Below, piece by piece: positions 49,761 to 61,773 of a DNA stretch of 64,000 nucleotides. The notes beneath the pieces were generated by a model that was not told the DNA's origin, did no database searches, and saw only the letters and a list, made by a program, of their open reading frames with translations. Position 1 is the stretch's first letter; every line of letters begins with the position of its first letter. This DNA comes from Fonticula alba ATCC 38817 (lineage: Eukaryota > Protista > Nucleariida): NCBI GenBank assembly GCA_000388065.2, contig KB932207.1; one strand, 5' to 3'. Position numbers and translations under genes: made by a program.

Positions 49761-52700
49761 GCTCTCTGCATGGACCACTCCTCACTCTTCCCCTGTTATC
49801 GACCTCCATGCGATGGACAACAGTGCATCTCCCTCCTGGTCGTTCCATTCAAGATCGGCTTTGCCTGTATCTTCTTCTACGCCATGGCCAGTTCCTCCAC
49901 CTCCGAGGATGGCGTGATGACGGCTGTTACGGTGATCCTCTTTTTCTTTGTAGTCGGCATCATCAACTCCGAAAATGATCGTCTCATCCGGTATGTTGTG
50001 CCTTCCTCATCGCTCTCTCTCTCTCTCTCTCTCGCACGCTCGCTCGCTGTCTCCTCACCACCCCTGCATCCCATCCCCGCGCTCCATGGCTGACTACTTT
50101 CCCTCTCCCTTGCACCGGGCCACCGCAACCCCCCTCACAGGAAGCAGTGGTGGATCAGCCTGACCGTGCGCACCCGGACCGAGCAGCTGCAACGCGTGCG
50201 CGACCGGTCCGAGGCCCTGCTGTACTATCTCCTGCCGGGATTCGTCATCAACCGGTACGTTGACTGCCCACATGGCACCGGGCTAGGGTGGCTGCTGCTT
50301 CGCCATTGCTCGGGGGTCTACGAACACAGCCCCCCCCCCCCCTGCTAACCCCCTTCCCAACGGCCCGGCCGCTAGCCTGATGAAAACCCCGGATTTCCGC
50401 AGCCTCGCCGAGTCCTTCGACAATGTGGCCATCGTCTTTTTCAGCCTCCCCAGCCGTACGTTCAGTCGTTGCAGCGGTGCCCGCTCGCTCGACTCCCGCG
50501 ACGCCCCTTACACTGGCAGCCGATATCCGGACCCCGGCACACTGACACACCATGACCAGGGCTGATGGGGGACGAGCTGTCCGACGAGGACTCCTTGGAG
50601 ATTCTCATCCGGCTGTCGCGCTGCTTCGACCAGCTGGTGCACTATTATGGCGTGCTGAAGATCAAGGCCGGCGGGGAGAGCTTCCTGGCGATTGCCGGCG
50701 GGCCGGCCGTGTACACCTGCAATCGGCCCTTCCCGCCGCTGCCACTGAGCCTCTACGCCAGTGGCGTCCATGGGAGCTGGACCTCCCTGAAGACCATGCG
50801 TCACATTGCCCGGGTGTTGGTCCTGGCCCAGCAGCGGTACATCGAAACCGAGGATCCGGCTCAGGCCAACTGCTGGGACTCGCCTGGCCGTCCGGCGCCA
50901 TACCGACGCCTGACGAGACATTCCTTGGTCCCGGCGGGCCAAGATGGCGAGTTCCCCGGCCCCATGCTGGGCCGAGATGTGCCCCCGGCCAGGCCGGTGG
51001 CCGGAGCCGGCCCCGCCATGGATCCTGCCGGTGCTGCGAGCGGGGTCCTGCCCTCGGCCATCTGCCCGAATGGCTGGGACCCGGTGCTGTCGCCGCCGCC
51101 GCCGCCGACGTCCACCTTCCTCCACCGGGTCCCGGGGGCTGGGATGCCGGTGGCGGGCGACACCGTGCACGCCCCCCAGCCAGGCCCGGCAGGGCCTGGC
51201 AGCAGCACGCCCAGGGATGATGCCATCAATATGGTAAATACGTCGCACTTTTCCGGGCAACTTGGAGCCAAGAGCCCCCCGCGGGGGACGATAGGCATTG
51301 ATGATGCCGCCAGCTCCCTCTTGCTGCGATCCATGGCCGGGGATGTGAAGGTCCCGCGGCATGCCTGGCTACGCCAGGCCAGGCAGGCCGGCTGCGACCG
51401 GTCTAACAAGCTGGCCGGCAGTCCGGCCGGCGGATCGACCCCCCGGGCAGGCCGGCTGGCGGAGTCGCGGCCCGGCAGCGCTTCGGCCACGCGGCCCCCG
51501 CGAGATGTGGCCTCCGAGGACTTCAACCGCGCGCACATCGTGCTCCCGGAGAGGGTGGTCGCCGGCGAGCCGGCCGGCGAAAGCCTCGTCGACAGCCTGC
51601 TGTATGAGACCCTGGACCGGGACAAGAGCCAGAACTTCCGGGTCTGGCGCAACATCCGCCACTCGATCAAGCGCATGTCGCCGCAAATCGAATATCATCA
51701 ACGCCAGCCGGTGCCGCGACCATCGTTGGCCACCGTGTCGCCGCGCATGGCCAACTTGCGCGACGCCCGCATGCGCTCCCTCGGCAAGGGCGGCCGGCAG
51801 CGGGGCAAGGCCCCGGGCGGCAGGGAGCCCGGCCAGCCGGCCGGCCAAAGGCCCCAGCCGGTGGCCGATGGCCTGGACATCGGGGCCGCCATCGAGTACC
51901 AGTGCCCGGCTCTTCTGCCGGCCGACCAGCGGCTGGCCCTTTCGCCCGCCATCAACCAGGGGGGCCTGGCGTGGGACGACGATGGGATCGACCTTGCCCC
52001 GAAGGGCCCGAGGCTGGGCAGCGTGGATTGGCGCCTGTTACAGCCGTCCCGGTCGGACGGCGGCGGCCATGCAGCCCGGCGGGACTTGCGGGCGACGGGC
52101 CACGAGAGTGGGTCGCTCGCAGGGCCGGGGGGCTTCCGGTCGCCGCGAAGCGCCGACATCGAGGCCCTCGTGGAGGCCGACAGCCCGGACCTCGAGCGGG
52201 CCTTCGAGCTGGACGCCGGCGAGGACGACCTCGAGGACTTGGACATGGAGGACGGGTCCTTCCTGGTTGAGGAGTGGGAGGAGCTGGCCCGGTTGAATGA
52301 CGGCCTGACGACCCAGGCCCCGAGCCAGCGCCGGCCCATGCACATAGACTTCATGGGCTTGGACCTGTCGCGAGCCGCGCAAATCGGCGACAATCTCAAT
52401 GCCCTGTCCTCGAATGAGCACCTTTTCGATGCGGACGGCAACTTCCACCTCTGCCTGCCGACCGTGCACGAGCCCGGCACCGGCAAGTCCGAGGCGTGGA
52501 ATCACCACTGGGACCGTGAGGCCGAGGAGCTGATGCACCACGGCGCCCGCTACTGGCCGACCCACGGGGCCCAGGCGGCCGGCGGCCCGGGGGCAGGCGA
52601 GCCCGGGCGCTTCCTGGCCGAGCCGACCATGGAGTCCCCCTTCGCCGGGTCGATGCTGAGCGACCCGCTGTCGCGCTTGCTACTCCTGTCGATCCACGTG

Positions 52701-54757
52701 CAAAACCTGGGCGTTGCCATTGGGAGCTCCTTCGACAAGGACCTGCGCATCCGCGCCGGCGTCAATGGTACACATGCTTCCGGGGGGCTGCCGTGCGGCT
52801 GCCCTGGCGGACGCCGGGCAGCGCGATCGCCGGCGCGTCGGACCGAGACGGCGGCCGGGGGCCGGGGGCCGGGGGCCGGGGGCCGGGGGGAGGGGGGTCC
52901 ATGGCCGGACGGTGGCCGCTCCCTTTTTAGCCGGTGCCCCGAGCTTGCCGCCTTTTCGCCGCTGTCGCATTGGCACTGACCATTTGTCTGGCCTCCTGGG
53001 CCCGCGCCGGTCCGCGTCCCGTGCGCCGCCCTGCTGCATGGCGCCGCCGGTCATCCCGGCAGTCGGCCCGGTGGTTGCCGGGGTCATTGGCACCGACAAG
53101 TTCCTGTACGATGTCTGGGGCGACAGTGTGAATCTGGCCTCGCGCATGGACAGCACCAGCCTGGGCGGGCGCATCCAGGTGACCCGGACCGTGGTCAACC
53201 AGGCCGACTCGTCCTTTGTCTTCGAGCGGCGCGGGTCCATCATGATCAAGGGCAAGGGGCCGATGACGACCTACTTCCTCCGGAGCTTGCGCCTGTCCAG
53301 CACGGGGGGCCTTTCCGGAGGCCGGGCCCAGGTACGCCCGGTGCTGGCCCGGGTGTCGGGGCCTTTGGGGAGGGGGGAGGGGGGGGGGAGGGGCAGCGGG
53401 GGGCGGCTCGACAAAGGGCGGCCATCCCTCAGGCGGCCATGTACTGACAGGACCACCGGGCCAGCAGGGGCCCAGCGCGCGCCACTCGACGGCCAACTCC
53501 TCCGCGGTGACGCTGGTGGCGTCGGATTCGACATTGGTGGCTGCGGACCCAACCGAGGGGTCGGCCTCGGGGGCGGACTCGCCGGGGGCGCGGCCGGCCA
53601 GCAAGAAGCACAAGAAGAAGACCCTGATCGCCGGCGGGGCATTTGATGGGGCCGGGCCGGGGGGTCCCTTGAGCCCGGGCCTGGCGCCCGGGTCGCCCGC
53701 CATCCGGGACAGCCCCTCGGAATTTTGGCTCGGCCATGACATGTCTGGGCTGTACACGCGCCCCGCCTCGCCGGACCTGATGGCGGTCATGTCGGCCGGC
53801 GGCGGTCGGTCGGACTCCGAGGCCCCGAGCTCGCCCTTCTCGGCGGGAGCCCCGGGCGATGGTGCCCTGCCGGCCACCCCCCTGTACAAGGAGCCGTGTA
53901 CCTGCCCGGTGCCGGGGGACTCGCCGGAGGCCGAGCACCTCCGCCAGCACCCGCCGACCGAGGTGGAGTTGCTGAGCGCCGCGAGGGGGGCGGCCTTGCC
54001 GGCGGCCGGGAGCGCGGCCCTGGCGTGCGGCCCCGGCGACGAGTCGACTCAGCGGTCGCCACGGGCTCGGGACCCGGGCCCGGGGCCGAGTGTGGCGCTG
54101 CCGCCGGCGCCGCCCGGCGCAAGGGACCCCGGCCGGTTGGCCGGCCGGATGCATGCCCCGGAGCCGGATGGCCCCTGCCTGGCCGAGCCGGCTTCCGAGT
54201 CCCTGAGCACCCCGAGGACGACCTCCTTCGGGGACCTGCCGTGTGGCCGGCTGCCAAGCGATGACATTCGGCCAGCCACTCTCGGGGCCACGGGGGCCGA
54301 TGTGGCGCGGGACCGGCAGCGCTCGACCCTGGCCGCGGCCGGGGCCACCGGCACGGCCGACTCATCGGCCCACGGCCTCGGGCTTGGGAGCGTCTACTTC
54401 CCGGGCTTCCGGCCCTGGCGCCGGCACAGCCTCGGAGGCGACCACGACCCGGCGCACCAGGAGGCCGAGCGCTTCCACATGCAGGGGTCCCGCCGGGGCC
54501 CGATGCAGCTGCCCTTCCACTTCAGTGTGCCTGCCTTGGCGCTCAATCTGGAGGGCACCCAGTTCCGGGAGGGCGGCAGTGCGTCGAATTCCCTCTCGGC
54601 GTCGGCCAGCATGCCGCTGCATTCGTCGGCCACCCTGCGCACGATCCTGCGCACGCTGGACATGGGCCCCATTGGCCGGGGAGGGCCCGGCGGCACGACG
54701 CCACCCGCCGGCAGCCAGCCTCCCCCCGCAGACCCGGGCCACGGGGGCCCCCGGCCA

Positions 54758-54801
<44 letters not shown>

Positions 54802-54874
54802 GGAGGTCGTCCAACACCCGGCCCCTTGCCGGGCACACGGGGCCTACCACTCGGACAGCCGGCCCTTGTCCTAG
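43245..54874 (+). CDS. Giant 12-TM class III adenylyl cyclase (M1-C1-M2-C2 pseudo-heterodimer), many exons
   Basis: C1: VTILCSDIAGFT, EKIKTMGDSY, MRIGVHTGSV.AGLVG, RY|DLYSSDV. C2: VAIVFFSLP, VLKIKAGGESF, LRIRAGVN|VGPVVAGVIG..FLYDVWGDSVNLASRMDS, IKGKGPMTTYFL. Two TM clusters at ~44100-44850 and ~48630-49990. Confidence 0.9.
45952..46013. repeat. Degenerate 5-bp tandem repeat (CCGTG/TCGTG)n, intronic
   Basis: Seen directly inside the cyclase C1 intron. Confidence 0.85.
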
Positions 54875-55780
54875 GGCCGGGCGAAGGGCCGCCGGGCCGG
54901 GATCCCCCTCCCCCCCCGGCCGCCGGTGGGTGAATGTGCATCGGTGTGCATGGCCGATCGCAGGCCCCCATCCGTGGAGTTTGGCCCGGGCCGGGATCCC
55001 CCCAAGCGGCCGGCCTCATGGCCATCCGGCCCGCCTGGCCGGCGTGCGCTGCCACCTGCGCGAGGGTGGACCATGACCCCCATCCCCCCTGGGCAGGCTC
55101 TGTGAGCGCGCTTCAAACTCGGGTGTATTCTTGCACAGGATGAGGAAAATAGACAGGGGACATGTTGGTCGAGAGATGGGCTGTCCACAGGGCGGGGGGA
55201 GGGGGGAGGAGGAGCGAGGACGCGGGGAAAGACGCGGCCGAGGGGAGGTGAGCGCATGGCGCCGCGCACCGAAAGTGGCACATGCCAAGGGGGATGGAGG
55301 GGGGGGGGGAAGGGCGGGGGCCCAACGCGTGGTCTCGAGAACTGCAAGGCACGCGAGCCATCCCTGGCCCCGAGTCAGAGCGCGTAGGGGACGGCGCTGT
55401 GCCCAGCAAGACGAGCGGGCGGGGGATGGAGGCCAGGACAGAGACGGCACCCGGCGCCTCCCCTGCGCGACGGGATGCCGTTGTTTCTTGGCGCGAGTGT
55501 GTTTGCTTGTTTGCTCTCTTTTTTTTTAGATGGGGGGCGCGAATGTGCCCCGGCATCGGCATGGCTGCCTCGCCGGGTCTCGGGAGCCGGGATGCTTCAC
55601 GGTGCCTGGCCCGGGGCGCTTCGATGGAGGGGCGAGGGTGTATATGTATAAATCAATAAGGTGCCCTGCTGTGCATATGGGGAGGGGGGTGGGGGGCGCG
55701 TTGCGGCCACACATCAGGGCATCGAGTCTGTCCCAGAGGGGGTTCAGGTGCGCGCGCGCGCGCGAGCACGCCTCTCGGCC

Positions 55781-58520
55781 TCAGGTGGCGGCCATGGCGG
55801 TGCCCCGGCGGGAGGGGGCTTGCGCCGGGGCCCCGGGCATGGGCCCGCCCTTGCCGGGCTGCTGGTGGAGTTGCTGCTGCTGCTGCTGCTCGCGGCGAGT
55901 CGCGCGCACGCACAGCCCGGCCCACTGGTTGGCCGCCACGGCGGCCGTCCACTGGCCCACCATCCAGGGCACGAAGAAGTGCATGGCCACCGGGAGGGTG
56001 AAATACCGGGCCGAGCGGATGACAATGGCCAGGAAGGTGGCCATCTCCGGCGACAGGGCGGCCATGGCCTCGGCCAGCAGCAGCGACGCCGGGGACAGGG
56101 ACCCGCCCGCCTCCAGGGTCAGGGCCGCGGCCACATACCCCTCGAGGCCGTGCATCAGGAGTTCCTGGACCCAGGCAATGGTGGCCACCCCGGCCGCCAC
56201 CAGCAGGCCGATGACCGCGCGCCGCCAGAGATCGATGCCGCGCATGCGGCGCAGGTCGCCGAGGCGGGGGGTCGGCCCGGCGGGCCCGGCGGCCGCCGTG
56301 GCCGCGGCATTGCGCCGGCGGAGCTGCTCCACGCCCCAGAGGATTTGCCCGCGGCTGCGGACCGCATGCTCGGTCGGCGGCATGGCCAGCTCGCCGTCCG
56401 GCACGTCGGCCTGCTCGAAGGAATTGTCGCTGTCCTTCAGCATGTAGTGCGGCCGGAAGGGGATCTTCCGGAGGTGCAGCTGGGCCAGGTGCCGGAAGAG
56501 GAAGGCCGCCGCCAGGCCCAGCAGCTGCAGGGTCACCATGAAGGTGGAAATGCGCGTGGCCACGCCGGGGGCCAGGACATACTCGGCCGGGCGGACGCGC
56601 TCCAGCACGCCCACCGCCACGGCCAGCACGAAGACCACCTGCGCGCGGAAGGCATTCGGCCGCTGGCGCAGGAGGCTCGGCTCCGGCAGCAGGCGCCGGT
56701 CCACCGGGATGGTCCGGTCAAAGAGGGCCGCCTGGGCCGACACCTCCTGGTCATGGTCGTCCGCGTGGTCGGGGCGCGGGTCGTCGGCCGGGCCGGCCAT
56801 GGGGTCGGCGCGGGCCGTCGCCGGCGCGGCCGCCTCCCCGAGCGTGGCCCCGGCGGTGGTGGGCTTGCCGGCCGGGGTGGCGGCATCGGGGCCGGGCGCC
56901 GCGGCCCCGCGAGACCGGATCTTGCGCAAGTCCTCCAGCGCCAGGGCCGCGCGCTGGCGCATCCGCTCGTCGGCGGTCGAGGTGAGCTCCGCGGTGGCCG
57001 GCGCCTCGGAGGAGGCCTCCTGCCGGGGGCCGGGGCCGCCGTCCTCGGCCAGGCCGGGCCCCGGGCTGGGGGCGGACGGCGGACGCGACGCCCCGGCCAG
57101 GGGGGCCAGGTCGCCGCTGGCCACCTTGGCCAGGCGCTTGTCAATGACCAGGTCCCCGGCCGAGGCCGAGTCCAGGATCGGCGCCAGGGTCATGGTGGCG
57201 GCGGCCAGGTCGGCCAGGGCGGCCGGGCGCTCGCTGGCCGGCAGGTCGGCCGGCGTGACGCCGAGGCTGCTCCGCCGGGGGGGCACCGGCATGGCCGCCA
57301 GACCGGCCACCCCGGAGGCCGAGCCCCGGCGGCTGCTGGGGTCGGTGTCGGCGAAGGAGGACCGCCGGCTGGGGGGCTTCAGCTCGACGGTCTTCACCTC
57401 GGCGCCGGCGGCGGTGGCCGACCCGCCGAGCGGCCAGCGGGGCCCGCCGGCCGGGGCCGCGATCACGGTCACCGTGCTCCGGCCGCCCGGGGCCAGGAAG
57501 TATCCCGACTGGCCGGGGCCGCCGCCGGCGGCCGCGGAGTCGGCCGCCTGCGGGCCCGGCTCCGCACTGGCCGACGCCCGACGCGAGGAAGGCCGACTGG
57601 GGATGGAGAAGGTGGCCTGCTTTTCGCCGATCTCCGGGAGGATGTCCTTGCGCTCCTCCTCGTCGACATCGTCCTCCTCCTCCTCCTCCTCCTCCTCCTC
57701 CTCCTTCGGCGAGGCGGGGGCCGCCATGCTGGCCGCGGTGGGCGCGGCGGCCAGGGCCGTGGCGGCACTCGCGACGGCCGACGCCCCGCCGGGCGGCTGC
57801 TTGGCCGGCTGGATGAATGCCTCGAAGGGGGACAGCTGGCCGGTTTCGGCGGACAGAATCTGCGACCGCGGCCGGAAGCGCAATACCGGCGGGGTGAGCT
57901 GCTCATGGCCGAGGGCCCAGCCGACGCCCGGGCCGGGGCCGCCCGGCGACGCGGCCACCTCCGCGCCCAAGGGCTCCTTGTCCTCGGAGCCGGAGTCCGG
58001 GGCAGGCATGGGGGCGCCGCGGGCCGGGCCGGCCGCCAGCCCGGCCGCCGGGACCGGGGCCGACATGCTGCCGCCGGTGGCACTCACGCCGCTGCTGGCC
58101 GGGCCCGGGCCCGGGCCCGAGCCCGAGCCCGAGCTCGAGCCCGAGCCGGCCGCCTGGGCCATGGCAGCGCCCTCATCACCGCCCGCAGTCAGCATGAGAG
58201 ACTCCAGCTCCAGGGGATCCTTCTCGGTTTCCATGATGTACCGGAAGAAGTGATCATCCAGCAGCTTGTACAGCCGGACCCCGACCAGGGTGGTGAGGTA
58301 TGTGCAGAAGTAGGAAGCCCCGTAGGCCACCGCGGCGAAGGCCATGGTCACCGATTGCGAGCCGATCAGCACCGACACGGTGGCCGCCGCGCCGATGTAC
58401 CCCACGGTGGCCAGGCTGGCCAGGACGACAAACTGCTTGCGCACATGCAGCGCCATGAAGAGCAGCATGCCGGTGGCAACCATCAGATGGGCCGACGGCA
58501 GGCCCGAGGATTCTGTGCAT

Positions 58521-58566
<46 letters not shown>

Positions 58567-60724
58567 CGGCCCCCGGCGAGCGATGGAGACCGGAGGAGGG
58601 GACGGCGAAGCCGGCCGGCCGCAGGGGAGAGGGGCCGCGCACAGGAGCAGGCGTAGGCGGTCAGCACACGAAACAGCCCTCGACGGGGTCAGCGAAAAAA
58701 GGGTGGCACCAGGCAGGCAGACCCCCNNNNNNNNNNNNNNNNNNNNNNNNNNNNNNNNNNNNNNNNNNNNNNNNNNNNNNNNNNNNNNNNNNNNNNNNNN
58801 NNNNNNNNNNNNNNNNNNNNNNNNNNNNNNNNNNNNNNNNNNNNNNNNNNNNNNNNNNNNNNNNNNNNNNNNNNNNNNNNNNNNNNNNNNNNNNNNNNNN
58901 NNNNNNNNNNNNNNNNNNNNNNNNNNNNNNNNNNNNNNNNNNNNNNNNNNNNNNNNNNNNNNNNNNNNNNNNNNNNNNNNNNNNNNNNNNNNNNNNNNNN
59001 CCCCCCCCCACCACCACCACCACCACCACCCGCGGACACATCAGCCAGGGGCAAACGCACCAGGACCACAGGCAGCCAGGGGAAGCTGCTCCAGCAGGGC
59101 GACGCGGCTCTCGAACGGCGCCACCAGGGCCGCGCGGCAGTCCTCCTCAAAGAGCCCGGCGCCGCCGATCATGGACCCCAGCAGCTGGCGCGTCATGCGC
59201 AGGAAGGTCAGGTAGATGTACACACGCGAGGGGAGGGCAATGTCCCAGGTGAACATGAGCACGGCCAGCAGGGCCTCGAGGCCGGCCGACACGGGGATCA
59301 CCGCGTCCGGCAGCCACCCGCCGGACAGCTGGGCCAGCGACAGCCCCGGGCCCGGGGTGCCGAACAGGTTGACACCGCCCACCGGCCCGGCCAGGATGGC
59401 GTCCAGCCACTGGTAGGCCGTGCGCAGGCGATCCAGCCCATGGGACCAGGGGGCATCCGACCGCTGCAGGGCCACGGCCAGCTGGCGGATGGCCGGCCGC
59501 TCGGCCGCCTGGAGCTGCCGGCCAAAGCGCCCCTGGGCCAGGACCGCCACGAACCAGGCCAGGAACACCCCGAACACCAGCCACGGGGCGAACACCCGGT
59601 AGAAGCTCCGCCACCGGGCTCGCGGGGACTGGGCCTCGCGGCTGTCAAACCACCGCCCATACTGGTCGAAGAGGGTGGGCCCGGACCGGACGACGGCCGG
59701 GGCCGCCGGGGTGGCCGCCTCGCCGGCCGCCGCCGCCGTGGCCGTCAGACTCGGCGGCGGCGGCACGCTCCCCGGCCGGGAGTACCCCCCGCCGGCAAGG
59801 TGCCCGAGTGACGGCGACTCCGTGGCCAGCAGCATGGTCGGGCTGTCGGTGGCCAGAAGGGCGTCGGGGCCCGGGTGGGCGGCGGCGGCGGCGGCCGCGG
59901 CGCCGGCCCGCCGGCGGAGCCCCGCGTGCTGGCCGGCCAGATCCGCGGCCGAAGTGGACCCCCCGGCGGCCGCCGGCGTGCCAGCCCGGGCGGCGTTGGA
60001 GCGCGATTCCACCGGCGGCGGCCCGCGAGCGGATTTGGTCGACAGCAGGGCCGTCAGAAAGACCTCCTGGCTGTTGAGCACGGCGCCCGGAGGCAGCAGC
60101 CCCGCGCCGTCGGCCAGCGGCTCCGGGCGGTGCTCCGCCGGGGGGGCATCATTCGCCAGGCCCGATGGCTTGGCAGGCTCCTCGGCAGGGGGGCCATGCA
60201 CCGGGTCCGCGGGCCGGCCGCCGGGCGGGCCTGCCATGACAGTGGCCGCGTGCGCCGGCGGCGCCATGCCATCGGTGCGGGGCCGGGCCGTGCCGACGCT
60301 CCAGGCCCCGCCCGGGCCCGGATCCGGCCGCGCCGCCTGCCGGCTGGCCTGCGACGCTTGAAAGGCCTGGACCAGACGGTCGGCCTCCTCGATGTCCATC
60401 GTGCGGAAGGGCGTGCCGGGGGAGTGGTCGCCGAAGCCGCGCCCATCGTCGGCCCGGGGGTCGCCCGCATCCAGGCCATCGAGCCCCGGCAGGTGCTGGG
60501 ACGCCGGCGGCGCGGCCCAGATGTACCGCGGCACCGGGGATGCCCCCCCGACGGTCGGGTCCTCCAGCGGGAAGGCCAGCAGCGGATCCGCCGGCAGCCC
60601 GGCCGCCAGATCAGCCCGATAGCCGGCCGCGGCGGCCGCCTCCAGCGCCGCACTGATGATGCGCTGGGCGGCCTGGCGGCCGGCCAGCTCGGCATCCGCG
60701 CCGCGCTGCGACTCTTGCCGGTCG

Positions 60725-60757
<33 letters not shown>

Positions 60758-61773
60758 GTCAGACGCATGTGGATGAGCTGGCGATTGAGGGCATCGCCGC
60801 CCATGAGCGCCGGCAGCCCGGGGCTCGGGCTGGCTCCGGACCGCGCGGCGCCCTGGCCGGCGGAGTAGTCCTGAAGGCGAACCATGGCCATGGCCGGGAT
60901 GCCGGTCGGGTGACGCCCAGCCGGGCCGGATGCCGGGTGCGCCGCAGCCGGGACCACGGCCTCGGCCTCGGCAGTGGCGGTGTGCTGTGCGATGGACACG
61001 GCCAGGAAGCGGTCGGTCATGGGGGGCCCGCCGGCCAGCCCGGCCACCGCCATCGGCGACACGGGCCGCACCGGGTCCTCGGCCAGATGGCCCGGGCCCG
61101 GGTGCCAGGACGCCCCGGCCGTGGGGGGCAGCTGCGGCGTCAGCTCCTCGCGGCCCTGGGTGTCGGTCAGGGAGGGGCTCAGCAGCATGCCGAACATGCT
61201 GAAGGCCGGGGTGGCCGGGGTGGCACACCCGCTGGACATGTCCCCACTGCCCGGGCCCGGCGGGGCGTAGGCGGCAGCAGTGGCCGATGTCGAGCCCCAG
61301 GCGGGCTCGGCCGAGGTGGGCGTCGGGGCCGTGGCCATCAGCAGCCCGGAGGAAGACCCGCCCGAGGACCGCATGGTGCTCAGGGCCCGGAGGAAGGGCG
61401 TGGCCGGGGTCGGGGCCGCCGAGCAGGTGGCCAGGGGGGTGCTCGGGCCGCTGAGAGGCCCGATGCCCGGCGTGCCACTGGCCGGGCCGCGGCCCAGCAT
61501 GTATGGCGACCAGTAGGGGTTGACGGCCGGCGTGGCGCCGGCCCCGGCCGCCAATGACGGGGTCGGGTGTGGGGCCACCAGCCCCGGCGACGCCGACGCT
61601 TGGTACTTGGACGTGTCCCAGGAGGGGGTGCCCAGGCCGACGCCGCCGGGGGGAGCCTTGCCGGTGGCGGATCCGGCCGGGTCATTGGCGGCCGGCTCGG
61701 CGGCCGGTGGTGGCGGCGATGCCGCGAACAGCGCGAGCTCAGCGGTGTTCATCTTCAGACCCGGGCCCGCCAT
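55781..61773 (-). CDS. Sphingosine-1-phosphate phosphatase (SGPP/Lcb3, PAP2 superfamily)-like multipass membrane protein, ~1800 aa, apparently catalytically degenerate; 2 visible exons
   Basis: Exons 61773-59061 and 58512-55781 join in frame (GP E SSGLPSAH). Segments collinear with recalled SGPP1: GLEALLAVLMFTWD, SRVYIYL..RQLL, VALLE, ESSGLPSAHLM, LIGSQS, LLDDHF, STFMVTLQLLG, RRAVIGLL and RYFTL...FFVPW. Confidence 0.62.

Noticed and set aside
10012-61773. Apparent lipid/organelle-membrane gene cluster (presenilin, Nem1, ACBP, Mic19, TMEM129, SGPP-like)
   Set aside because: Orientations are mixed, unrelated housekeeping genes are interspersed, and no shared regulatory motif was seen. Membrane genes are common, so co-location is not evidence of a system.
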